Shown here in pieces: positions 10,536 to 23,520 of a DNA stretch of 64,000 bases. The translations under genes were made by a program, and so were the position numbers. This DNA is from an uncultured Gammaproteobacteria bacterium (GTDB lineage: Bacteria > Pseudomonadota > Gammaproteobacteria > CAWCPV01): positions 672,001-736,000 of the forward strand of contig CAWCPV010000003.1 of NCBI GenBank assembly GCA_963797555.1, read 5' to 3'. The stretch's first letter is position 1, and every line of letters starts with the position of its first letter. The notes under the pieces were generated by a model that was given only the letters and a program-made list of their open reading frames with translations, was not told the origin of the DNA and did no database searches.

Positions 10536-12551
10536 CTAGCCCGACTTCGCGGATTCGCGCGGCGATTGGCCCGCTGGCCAGGGGTAAGTGATTGTTTGTG
10601 GGGACCGTGGTGGGCCAAAAAGGGTCGAAATGCGCTGTAGTGAAGACCTTGCTTGTTTTCAAGGGGAAAAATCTGCGGATAATGATGTTCCATCATGTTT
10701 CTAAGGGCCACGACGCGGAAGAAAGACGGCAAGGAGCACCGTTACTGGAGTATTGTCGAGAATAGGCGCCTGAGCGGTGGGCGCGTGCTGCAACGGCATG
10801 TGCTGTATTTGGGTGAGATCAACTCCTCGCAGGAGTTGGCGTGGCGCAAATCCATTGAGGTGTTCGAAGACGGGGCGCTGACACCGCGCACGATGTCGTT
10901 GTTTCCCGAGGAGCGATCTGAAGAGCTGTCGAGGGATGCTTCGGTGGTACGTTTGCGGCTGAAAGAATTGCGGCTGTGCCGACCGCGGCAGTGGGGTGCG
11001 TGTTGGCTGGCGCTGCAACTGTGGGAGGAATTGCAGTTAGATCGCTTCTGGTGGGAACGGTTAACGCCGAGTCGCAAGGGCACTCGGTGGGATCAGGTGT
11101 TATTCGTGCTCGTGGCCTATCGGTTGCTGGCACCGGGCAGCGAGTGGCGGTTGCACCGGGAGTGGTTTGGCCGTACGGCCTTGGCGGATTTGCTCGGAGT
11201 GGATGCGGCGCTCTCCGACAGCCACCGGCTGTATGTCTGTCACGACCGCTTGCTGGAGCACAAGGCGGCGGTCTTTGACCATCTGGTGCGGCGGTGGCGG
11301 GATCTGTTCAATGCCACCTTCGAGGTGCTGCTCTACGACCTCACGAGCACCTACTTTGAGTGTGAGCCCCCGCAGTCGGAGCAGGACAAACGACGATTCG
11401 GCCACTCGCGCGATAAGCGCAGGGACTGTGTGCAGGTGGTGATCGCCTGGGTGGTGACCCCGGAAGGCTTGCCCTTGGCCTATGAAGTGTTGGCGGGCAA
11501 TACGGCCGACAAGACGACGTTGAAGGAGTTCCTCGCGCGCATTGAGCGTCAGTACGGAAGAGCGCAGCGGATTTGGGTGATGGACCGCGGCATTCCGACC
11601 GAAGCGGTGCTGGAAGAGATGCGCGCAAGTCGCCCGCCAGTGCACTGACCTGGTGGGCACGCCCAAGGGGCGGCTCAGCAAATTGGAGAGCGCGCTGCTG
11701 CTCAAGCCGTGGCGGGAAGCGCGCCCCGGCGTAGCCGTGAAACTGTTGGCGCAGGATGGGGAGCTGTATGTGTACGCGCAAAGTGAACAGCGCGTGGCGA
11801 AGGAGCGTGCGATACGACGGCGCAAGCTGAAGTGGCTGTGGGCGCGGTTGAAGAAACTCGCGACCATGCAACTCACCCGCGAGCAACTGCTGATGAAGCT
11901 CGGTGCGGCGCGCCAACACGGCCCGGCGGTATGGCGCTTGGTTCAACTGGAGGTCGACCCCAAGGACGCCACGTTTAGCTACCGCCTGCGCCGCGATAAG
12001 CTGCGTGAAGTGCGCCGGCGCGAAGGACGGTATCTGCTGCGCACCAATCTCACCGACACCGATCCCGCCAAGCTATGGGGGTTTTACCTGCAACTGGTGG
12101 CGGTGGAAGAAGCATTCAAGAATCTCAAGGGGGATTTGGCCATTCGGCCAATCTTTCATCAACACATCGAGCGTATCGAAGCCCATATCTTCATTGCCTT
12201 TCTTGCCTATTGTCTGCATGTCACGCTCGGGCGACGTTTGCATGCGCTCGCGCCTGGATTAACCACGCGCAGCGTGCTGGAGAAATTCGCCGCCGTGCAG
12301 ATGGTCGACGTACAGGTGCCGACCACCGATGGGCGCGAATTGACGTTCACCCGCTACACCCAACCTGAGCCAGAACTGCAACTGCTCCTCGCGCAGTTGA
12401 AGCTCGAACTGCCCGCACCACCAGCTCCGAAAATCAGCACCGCCCACACTGCCTCAGCCGCCGCGATGTAGTGCAGACCTTGCCAGGCGCCCTCTCGCAA
12501 TTTCAACCACTTACGCTATCCCTACCCCGCGAATCCGCGAAGTCGGGCTAG
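10536..12551 (+). mobile_element. IS1634-family element with 24-bp terminal IRs; transposase 10695-12471 with +1 frameshift near 11647
   Basis: IRs CTAGCCCGACTTCGCGGATTCGCG and CGCGAATCCGCGAAGTCGGGCTAG; LYDLTSTYF, MDRGIP, VEEAFK; flanks do not match (no TSD). Confidence 0.9.
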
Positions 12552-12880
12552 CGCTCTGCCTCGTCTCGTCGCTGGTAGTCGTGACCGAAGTCCTGCTGGC
12601 AGCGAAAGGGTATAAACCGACCGTCGTGGATTCGAAGGAACTCTGGATCGCGGAGCGGCAGCGCGCCAGTCGCCTGGGCGGGCAGGCGCTGATCCTGGTG
12701 GGCGCATCGCGCATTCAGCTCGGTATGGACCTCGATGTGTTGCGTGATGAGACCGGGCTGGAACCGATCCAGCTCGCCATCGACGGGAGTTCCTTCATGC
12801 CTATACTGGAGGGTCTTGCGCGCGATTCGTCCGTCACGGGGACCGTCGTCGTCGACTTCGCCGAGGGAGTCGTCGGCGGT
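12552..12880 (+). pseudogene. Fragment of a membrane-anchored SGNH-like hypothetical protein
   Basis: ILVGASRIQLGMD...QLAIDGSS; begins at the IS end, then degenerates. Confidence 0.45.
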
Positions 12881-13249
12881 CCGTCCGATTCGTCCCGCGC
12901 CATCGTGGTCAAGGCGGGGGTGTGTCGGCGTCGGCGCGTCCGCCCCAAACCCGCGCGTGGCGGAAGACTTCCGCCCGGTCTTCTCCCAGCCCAGAGGCCA
13001 TACAATACCTCACCCCGAAGCCGCCCACGTCGAGCGGTAGCGTCTTCCATGTCCCGCCGCTGGCCCCGACATCCTGCACCGCAGCCGAAACGGTCGTTTG
13101 CGTCCTCGGTCAGGCTGCGGCTCTCGGGGCGCCGGCGGCGTTCACCCGTCGAAGCCCGAGATGGAGACTGCGTGTGAGAATTTACCGCAGAGAACCTGCA
13201 TGACCGCCGGCACGAGGCTCGACGTGCGCCAATTGCTCGTATGGCTGCT

Positions 13250-13607
13250 GGGTCCGCTCGCAAGACGAAGAAAGCGCACAGTACATCCTCGCGTTCGGCG
13301 ATCCACGCGACCGATTCCACGTGCTGAGGATGGACGGCGAACAGGGCAGCGTCGCTGGGCAGACGCGGAGGCGCTATACCGCCGCGCCTTGGCGGTCGAC
13401 CCTGACCACCGGGACGCGACGCTCTGGCTCGCCATTCTGTACCAACGAGCGGGGAGGCTTTGCGCCGCCGCAACCGAATATCGGCGCACCCTGCGACTCG
13501 ACCCGGGCAACCGGGTGGCGCAGGCGAACCTCGCGTCCGTTCTGGCGTCCCCGTCGGTAAATGCGAAGCAGGCTGCGTGTCAGAGGAACGCAGCACCCCA
13601 TGACTGA
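13250..13607. pseudogene. Back-to-back fragments of a TMTC-like (TPR-containing glycosyltransferase) gene
   Basis: Minus strand AALFAVHPQHVESVAWIAEREDVLCAFF; plus strand TPR repeats AEALYRRALAVDP...YRRTLRLDPGNRVAQANL. Confidence 0.6.
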
Positions 13608-14125
13608 CCCGCCTTGCCTGCAGCTACGCCCATGTCGCGATGCCGACCGGATGCCGCTTTTGCGCGCGGTACAAAGAGTGGATCGGGCTGGGGTCTCGGC
13701 GCTGAGACACTAAGCCAGTTCAGCGCTTTGCATCGCGTTCACTCGAACCCGGCCACTGAGCCGATTCCCCCCCAGTGGATCTGGTTTGCGAACTCAACCG
13801 GACGGCCGTGCGGGCAGCCGACCTGGAATTGGCCGAGGGTGGGTCGACCGCCAGCGGCGACAACGGCGGGTCAGGCGCGTGGCACCCTCGACGCGCTACG
13901 CACCTGCCACAGGGGCTGCCGCTTGATGAGAAACAAGATGAGGGTCGGGTGGAGCAGGGTGCAGGCTGTATAGAGCCACAGAGGCAAGTACCCCAGAACA
14001 CGCCGCAGCGGTTCTGGCACTTCAAGCTCGTAGTCCGCCGGGCGCCGGCATACTCGGTCGCTCCAAACCGCGATGCGGAAGAAAGGACCTGCGAGTCTCC
14101 TCAGGGCCGGCCACGACAGAAGCCT

Positions 14126-14921
14126 CCGCCGTAGGGACGGCGGTCACCCGCCGCCCCCGGCACAGACCCGGACGTGCAGTTTTTCCGCATCCGGTTCCTC
14201 GGTTGTACTCGCTTCCGCGCAGACGGCCACTCGCCGTCTGTTGGCTATTGCCCGCAGTGAGGTTCGCTTGCGTTCTCCGGCCCGACTCTGTCCGGCGCAA
14301 GTTTCCTATACGGGCTGCGTACTTCCGCCAGGTCCTTCCCCTTGTAACGGGCTTTCCCCGTCTCCGAGTACTATGCCTGGTAAGACTCCCCACCAGCATA
14401 CGGCGGGCGTTCCCTTTGACAGTACTTCTCCGCCTGCCTGCTCCGAAGTTCCCTTCGTCCACTTAGGTTCCGGCTTAACCCTGTGTCCGGGTTTCCCCTT
14501 CCGTGCCTCAATAGCCGTATACCGTATGACCGAGCTTCCCTCCGGCCAGGAGCCGATGGGGCCTCCTGGGTTCTCCGACGCCTCTCTTCCTGCATGCCAC
14601 GGCCTGAGGACTCCGGCGGACCTCCACGCCCTCGCCAAAACGGGCGCTTCGTGTAGCCTTCGGGCACGTTAAAACCCTCGGCATCCGCAACAAGCTTATC
14701 TCGAAGCTGTACCAGCACTTCAGGGAGCGCGGCCTCCCCTACGGCCTACAGGATACTCTGCCTACGCTTAGCCCGTCTTGTTCGCAGCCTCTCGGCTACT
14801 CCGCCACGGACCCAAGGCTTCGATACGGGTGGGTGGCTAACCCTTATGAAGATGCCTTACGACCTCTTCTCCCGACAGGGACTCTCACCTGCAAGAAGCG
14901 CCGAGCTTTGCCCAGCGCGAT
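14126..14921 (-). ncRNA. Group II intron lacking nearly all of its RT ORF (~796 nt)
   Basis: Domain V/VI GAGGAACCGGATGCGGAAAAACTGCACGTCCGGGTCTGTG...CCCTACGGCGG; 5' end (A)TCGCGCTGGGCAAAGCTCGGCG; removal rejoins the host frame. Confidence 0.85.
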
Positions 14922-15355
14922 AACGTCCTCCCGATACTTGCCGAGGCGTCTCAACATCCAGTGGAAAACCGCGTGGGGCAGGTAGTGGAGCAGCGGCACC
15001 TTATTGTGTACCTCCCACGGCCACAGGCGGTTTGGCGTGGCGAGGCAGGCGACCCCCGTGAGTTTCAGCACTCACGCCACCTCTCTTACGTGGGCCCGCG
15101 CATCGCCAACGTGCTCGATGACGTGGTTGGATACGACCACGTCGAAGATCCCGTCCGGAAACGGAAGGGCCTCCGCGCAGCGGACGAAGCCGTATCCCCC
15201 GGTGCAACTTCGCAGGTCCCGCACGTCCACGCTAACGACCTTGAACTCTTCTGCAAGCAAGGCCGCGATCTCCCCAATTCCGGTCCCGATATCGAGCAGG
15301 AGGCCCGAGGGTGTCGATAGGGCGCCAGATTCAGCCAGCACCCGGAGGATCTTAC

Positions 15356-16870
15356 GGCTCTTTCGGTAATTGTGTGGATCGTGGTGGTCGAGTAGCATCC
15401 GTTCTGAGCAATCGTCTATCACAACATCTTGTGGTTGGGCCTGTGGGGTTGTGGGCGAGAGGCCCGCGAGTGTGGGCAACCGGGAGGTTGTCCACACGGT
15501 CCTTGGGACGCGGGCCGCTCCGCAGGACTCGTCCACAAATCCACAGGCCATCAAGGGGGGAGCGCCATGGAGCCAACGCATCTATTCACGACGGCACTGG
15601 GCCTCACGGCGCCTTGGGAAGTCACCGGCGTACGCTTTGACCCCGAGGCTGGGCGCATCGACCTCGAGGTGGCCTTTGCCAAGGGGAGCCGCTTCGCCTG
15701 CCCGGCGTGCGGAGCGCCAGGCCAGCCGGTGCATGATACCCGCAAGCGCAGCTGGCAGCACCTGAGCTTCTTTAAGTCACGGGCAGACCTGCACGCGCAT
15801 CTGCCGCGAGTGCGCTGTGAGAGCTGCGGCAAGACGACTCAGGTCGAGCCGCCGTGGGCGCGCGCACAGAGTGGCTTCACGGCGCTGATGGAGGCACTGG
15901 TGGTGACGCTGTGCCAGGCGATGCCGGTGGCGACCGTCGCCCGGCACCTGGGCGTGGGCGATGAGCGCCTGTGGGGGGTGCTCGAGCACTACGTGGAGGC
16001 GGCCCGCGCCCAGGAGGACCACTCCCCGGTGCGCGCCGTGGGCCTGGACGAGACCGCCGCCCGGCGTGGGCAGCACTACATCAGCCTGTTCCATGACCTC
16101 ACGGGAAAACGCCTGCTGTTCGCCTGCGAGGGCCGCGACCAGAGCACCGTGGCGGCCTTTGCCGCCGACCTCCAGGCGCACGGGGGCGACCCGCAGGCCA
16201 TCGAGCAGGTGTGCATCGACCTGTCCGCCGCTTATCTCGCCGGGGTGACCAAGCATCTGCCTAAAGCCACGGTGAGCTTCGATGCCTTCCATGTCATCCA
16301 GCTCGCCAACCAGGCCGTCGATACAGTGCGCCGCGAGGAGGTCAAGACCGAGCCCGCCCTCAGGGGCACCCGCTGGACCTGGCTCAAAGACGCCCACGAC
16401 TGGACCTGGGAGCAGCTCACCGACTTTCACTGGCTCTCCCGCGCCCGCCTCAAGACCGCCCGCGCCTGGCGCCTCAAGGAGGCGCTGCGCGATATCTACG
16501 CCACGGCCAGCACCCTCGAGCAGGCCGAGACCGCGCTCACGCGCTGGTATAGCTGGGCACGGCGTAGCCGCCTGCAACCCATGAAGCACCTCGCTGCCAC
16601 TCTGAAAGACCACTGGGACGGTGTGCTCGCCGCGTTCGACTCCGGCCTCACCAACGGCCGCGCCGAGGGCATCAACTCCCTCATCCAGGCCGCCAAAGCC
16701 CGCGCCCGGGGCTACCGCACCACGCACTCGCTCATCACCATCGCCTACCTCATCGCGGGCAACCTGGCCCACTTGCCGGCCTCGCCGTTCAACACACGAT
16801 CTTGTGTCAGACCTCAGGCAGAGGCTGCCGCAGCGTAAGCATATCTACCCACACGATTCCGGTAAGAACC
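15356..16870 (+). mobile_element. ISL3-family element, apparently complete; transposase 15567-16838
   Basis: CPACG/CESCG zinc finger, VGLDET, FDAFHV, TNGRAEGINS; imperfect IRs GGCTCTTTCGGTAATTGTGTGG and CCCACACGATTCCGGTAAGAACC; 8-bp TSD GATCTTAC at 15348 and 16871. Confidence 0.95.
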
Positions 16871-17244
16871 GATCTTACGCGCCTTCCGCGGCCGACTCGA
16901 AGTCGCCGAGAACCCAGGGCGGTGGGCAAACGAACCGAACTGGGACGGCCCAATCCCTGCCACGATGGCGGACAAAGGCACCTCGCGAGGCGTTAAGGAA
17001 ACTCTGGTGAGCGCGGCGTCTCGTTCTCCGGTATAGCCCGCCCGTGCATCAGCGGACGCCGGCACGATGTTGGTCCGTCCGCTCCGGGGGCGTTCCGGCG
17101 CCTGGCACGCCCGCACTTCAAGCCCGCTTCGCGCATCGCGTTCCTGGTTCGCAAAAAAGACTCCTCTTCACCATCGCTTACTCTCCCGCAAAACGGAGCG
17201 CGATCGCAGGTGCTGACGCCGCCAGCGCGTATTCGGGCGATCTT

Positions 17245-17932
17245 CTAGTCCTGAAAGCGGAACTTGACGATAGCGTAAAGTGCGGCGATCCCGTCGCGCC
17301 AGGTAATTTTCTTTCCCTCAGCGTAGCTTCGGCCGCTGTAGCTTATAGGAACCTCATAAATTCTAAGCGGGCGCTTGGCGACTTTCGCGGTAAACTCCGG
17401 TTCAAAGCCAAATCGATTTGAGCGCAGGGTGATGCTGCGGACCACTTCCGCGCGAAAGGCCTTGTATCCCGTCTCCATGTCGGAGAGATTGATGTTGTTC
17501 AGCGCGTTCGAGAGCAGCGTGAGCAGTCTGTTGCCGACATAGTGCCAGAAGAACAGGACCCTGTGGGGTCCACCCAGGAACCTGGAACCGTACACTACAT
17601 CGGCGCGGCCGTCCACGATCGGCTGCATGAGCGTAGGGTATTCGGCAGGGTCGTACTCGAGGTCCGCGTCCTGGATGACAACGATATCGCCCGTGACCGC
17701 GCTGAAGCCGGTCCGCAACGCAGCCCCCTTGCCCCGGTTTTCGGGATGGAAGAGGACCACGAGGCCCTCATCGTTCTGTGCAGCCTTCTGCAGCCGCTCC
17801 CGGGTCCCGTCCGTCGATCCGTCGTCCACCACGATGACCTCTTTGTCGACGGGCACGGCGCGCACTCGCGCCAGTATGTCCTCGATAGTCGCTTGCCTCG
17901 TTATAGACGGGCATTACCACGGAGAGCTTCAT
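17245..17932 (-). CDS. Glycosyltransferase family 2 (DPM synthase-like), +1 frameshift near 17897
   Basis: MKLSVVMPVYNE, VVDDGSTDGT, NRGKGAA, IQDADLEYDP, DMETGYK. Confidence 0.85.
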
Positions 17933-18000
17933 CCGGACGTGTCCAGTTGGTCAATTCCCACGCTGCTGACGGCCATCGGCATATGTGCCGTCCGGCAGTA

Positions 18001-18771
18001 TTACCCGATTGAAGGAACTGAATTTCTTCTCAGAACGATGAGTACACTCTGCCCGAAGGGCTACGGCCACTTATCCAGGCCCTGGACTAACGGCATCAAT
18101 CTCTCCATGACCCGCACGTCCCGGTCAGTGATCGCCCGTTTGCCTGATACCTTCATTCTGAAGAACCACCCCAGTGCCCCGATGGGATTGAGAAAACGGT
18201 ATTCCACGATTGAAGTCTGGCCGCCCTTTAAAGCCTTAGCAAGCCTGATCCTGTCCTTCCTCGTGTATCTTCGGTAGTGACCGATTCTCCGATCGAAACC
18301 GGAATATAGCCACATACCCGCAGGCACCCAGGCGACGAAGCAACCGTTCGGCTTCAGAATTGCCGCTCCGTGCTCGATGACCGCAATGTCCTCGTCGATA
18401 TGCTCGAGAACATTTGCCGAATAAACACAATCTATGCTATCCGGTTTATCCACCGCGCGAATATCCCCGATCGGTTCACACACTGTCGCGGTGTCCTTGA
18501 AGCGCCGCCTGAGGTGTTGGCGGTTATCTTCTGAAAGCTCACACGGGACCACCGCAAAGTCCCTGGCCACGAGCTCCGTTAGGGTACCCGTGCCGGCGCC
18601 CAGCTCGACGTTCATCGCACCCAGGTACGGTCTGATGTGGGAATACACCCAAAGATTGTACTTCCGTGCATCGTCCAAGATCTCCAATACGGTGTTGCCG
18701 ATGCCTCCAACGCGGTATGCGCCGGCGCCGTCATGGAATCTTTCCGGCGGTGGAACGCCGTGGCCCCACAT
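18001..18771 (-). CDS. Class I SAM-dependent methyltransferase; in-frame TAG at 18061-18063 before the PFGQS tail; start uncertain
   Basis: VELGAGTG, NVLEHIDED, VPAGMWLYSGFDRRIGHYRRY. Confidence 0.75.
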
Positions 18772-19053
18772 CAAGGCAGCCGACCGATGATGCCCCGCCA
18801 CACTCGCCGTGGGCCGTTCATCACTGCCATCGGAACCCTGGGAGGGGGCGGCCAAGTCGACTTCATGGATTACCTGTCCTCCGGGCAACTCGGGTTGGCA
18901 AGGGACCCGCGGGCGACCGCTCCAGGCAGACCCCGGCGTCGGTCAATCGGCACCTTGCCCGCGCAGGAAACCACGGCCCTCTTGCCGCTGTCAAGCCGGC
19001 CGACTTTCTCACGCTATAATCGACTCATCCTGGACCCCCTCGGGTGACCGCCG

Positions 19054-19677
19054 ATGCCGACGACTGCCCCTCGCCCTGAGCGCCTGACCCACGAGCAGTA
19101 TCTCGCGCTCGAGTCGTCCGAAGACCAGCGGTACGAGTACCTCGGCGGGGAGGTGTTTACCTTGGCCGCCGGCTCGGAGCGGCACGCGCTCATCGCTGCG
19201 AACACGGTGGGCGCGCTCATCGACGCCACACGCGATCGGCCCTGTCGCGTCTATGGGTCGGACGTGAAAGTGCATATCTCCGCGCTGGACAAGTTCTGCT
19301 ACCCGGATGTGATGCTGGCCTGCGAGGACAGCCGCCGCTCGGAGCAATACGTCGAGAATCCGCGGCTGGTCGTCGAGGTGCTCTCGCCCCAAACCGAGGC
19401 GTATGACCGGGGACTCAAGTTCGAGCACTACCGCGCGATCCCGGCTCTGCGGTACTACCTGCTCCTCGACCAGAACCGCGTTCACGCGGAACTCTTCCTT
19501 CGGAGTGCGGAAAGCGCGTGGGTCCTCAACGAGGCGCGCGGCATGGACGGAGTACTTGACCTTCAGGTCGACGGCATCCAGCTTGCCCTCGCGGAGCTAT
19601 ACCGCCAGGTGGTTTTCCCGCGGGGGCCGGATTCCCCGGGACCCGTCGCGGCAGGCGAGACTGGGTCGAGCGCTTGA
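19054..19677 (+). CDS. Uma2-family PD-(D/E)XK endonuclease
   Basis: RYEYLGG, YPDVM, VVEVLSPQTEAYDRGLKFEHY. Confidence 0.9.
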   Translation: MPTTAPRPERLTHEQYLALESSEDQRYEYLGGEVFTLAAGSERHALIAANTVGALIDATRDRPCRVYGSDVKVHISALDKFCYPDVMLACEDSRRSEQYVENPRLVVEVLSPQTEAYDRGLKFEHYRAIPALRYYLLLDQNRVHAELFLRSAESAWVLNEARGMDGVLDLQVDGIQLALAELYRQVVFPRGPDSPGPVAAGETGSSA

Positions 19678-19742
19678 GCGCGAAGGCGAGGTGGCCGGCG
19701 ATCGGCGCTGGGCTCAAGGTGACACGCCCAGACCGAGTGAGG

Positions 19743-20414
19743 TCAATCGTGGGCCCTCTTCAGGGCCAGCGTCAGTCCGTCTGCGATCGGCACCAGACTC
19801 AGGGTGATCCGCTCGTCGTGCAGCAACCGCTCATTGAATGAACGCAGTGCCGTGGTATCCCGATCGGCGACGGCCGGGTCCGCGACCCGGCCGGACCACA
19901 GCACGTTGTCGACCGCGATCAGACCTCCGGGCCGCAAGAGCTGCAGCGCACGCTCGTAGTAATCCGCGTAGCCCTCTTTGTCAGCATCTATGAAGATGAA
20001 ATCGAACGTCCCAGCCTGACCGGAGGCCAGCAGATCGTCCAGCGTCTCCTTCGCGGGCGCAAGCCGCAGGTCGATCTTGTCCGAAACACCGGCTTCCTCC
20101 CAGTAACGGCGGGCCACCGAGGTCCATTGCTCGCTCACGTCACAGGCCACGATGCGGCCGTCGTCCGGGAGCGCGAGGGCACACCACAGGGAGCTGTAGC
20201 CAGTGTATACCCCGACTTCGAGCAGGCGCTTGGCACCCATGAGCTGCACCAGCAGCGCCATGAACTGCCCTTGCTCCGGGGCGATCTGCATGCGCGCCAT
20301 GGAGTCTTGCGCAGTCTGTTCACGCAGCCGGCGCAGCACCTCCGGCTCCCGCAAGGACACCGACAACAGGTAGTCGTAGAGGGTGTCGCTGAGACCTATG
20401 CTTCGGTTCGACAC
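19743..20414 (-). CDS. SAM-dependent O-methyltransferase (caffeoyl-CoA OMT-like)
   Basis: MQIAPEQGQF, LEVGVYTGYS, FIDADK, VDNVLWSG; probable GTG start at 20414. Confidence 0.9.
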   Translation of the reverse strand: MSNRSIGLSDTLYDYLLSVSLREPEVLRRLREQTAQDSMARMQIAPEQGQFMALLVQLMGAKRLLEVGVYTGYSSLWCALALPDDGRIVACDVSEQWTSVARRYWEEAGVSDKIDLRLAPAKETLDDLLASGQAGTFDFIFIDADKEGYADYYERALQLLRPGGLIAVDNVLWSGRVADPAVADRDTTALRSFNERLLHDERITLSLVPIADGLTLALKRAHD

Positions 20415-20462
20415 GTTCCGCTCCGTCTCCGTGCAGCGTGAAGAGTCCAATGAAGTCGGGGA

Positions 20463-22505
<2,043 letters not shown>

Positions 22506-23423
22506 TCAATGCCTCAGCGGCCGATCCAGGTCGCGCTGCCGGGCCTCGAAATCCAGCACCTTATCCCACAGGGTGCGGAACCCGCGGTGATCCAGCGGAC
22601 GCCGATTGGCGTCGTACACCTCTGCATCCAGCCTGGAGGCCAGCCGGTCTGCGGTCGCTACCAACTGCTTGAACGTGGAGGTGCTCTCGCCAGGCCCCGG
22701 GAGACGCATGAACAGAGCCACGCCGGGCGTCGCCACCTCGTCCATGTGGTCCAGATCGAAGGTACCCGGCTTCAGCACGTTGGCCGCACTGTACAGAGGC
22801 GCATCACCCTGCGGACTCGACGCCATCTTGTGGAAGATTCCCATCTCGCCGTGCACCATACCGGCCTCCTGGAACGCCGACAGCAGCTCCGCACCCCGCA
22901 TGTGCCGGCCGTTCCTGCCGAGAACGGTGAGGGCGATGACCAACTCGTCCTGTTGGTCTCCCCGGGACGGCGTCTCCTGCCCCGGCGGGCGGCCTGTTTC
23001 AGGCGGTGCCACGTTCGCCTCGACTTCTGCCGATGGTCCATCCGACGGGGCGGGCGGTCGGCCCGCCACAGCCTCTGACTCAGCCATCAACGTCGGCTCG
23101 ACCGCCGATGAGGAACGGCGGTCGCCCCCCGGGGGAAGGTCGCCGAGCGCTCCGAGCGTGTGTCCGTTGGGCCGTTCGAACGCCGGGAAAGCCCGGTCGT
23201 CGTCGGACGGCCCTCGATCATCCACCAGGTCGTTCTGCCGGGCCGCTGCGAGCAGGTTACTCAGCCTCTGCAGCTCGCCTGCGAGCTGCGCGTCATCGGC
23301 TGATTCCATCCTGTAGCGTGCGTCGACCAGCCGTCGGCTGCGGCGCTTCTCCCACACGTAAATCGCCAGGATGACGAGCGCCCCGACTCCGAGCAATATC
23401 CAACGAAGCACATCCATCGCCAT
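22506..23423 (-). CDS. zipA: Cell division protein ZipA
   Basis: N-terminal TM, acidic/Pro linker, C-terminal GEMGIFH...KPGTFD...FMRLPG; lies between smc and ligA. Confidence 0.85.
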   Translation of the reverse strand: MAMDVLRWILLGVGALVILAIYVWEKRRSRRLVDARYRMESADDAQLAGELQRLSNLLAAARQNDLVDDRGPSDDDRAFPAFERPNGHTLGALGDLPPGGDRRSSSAVEPTLMAESEAVAGRPPAPSDGPSAEVEANVAPPETGRPPGQETPSRGDQQDELVIALTVLGRNGRHMRGAELLSAFQEAGMVHGEMGIFHKMASSPQGDAPLYSAANVLKPGTFDLDHMDEVATPGVALFMRLPGPGESTSTFKQLVATADRLASRLDAEVYDANRRPLDHRGFRTLWDKVLDFEARQRDLDRPLRH

Positions 23424-23520
23424 GTGACTTCTCGCAATGTGGCCGGGGATCCAACAGAACCATGCGCGGTCTGGTCCCCAACCGTCCCCCCAAATCCAGC
23501 CGCGAATGGTGCCCTTTAGC

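Larger units (their letters stand above)
13871..16981 (-). pseudogene. Class I SAM-dependent methyltransferase split by an ISL3 and a group II intron, with internal TGA at 15072-15074; start uncertain
   Basis: Reassembled: RKARKI|LRVLAE...LLDIGTGIG...LPFPDGIFDVVVSNHVIEHV...TPNRLWPWEVH...YREDV|RLLSWPALRR...LILFLIKR. Confidence 0.75.
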
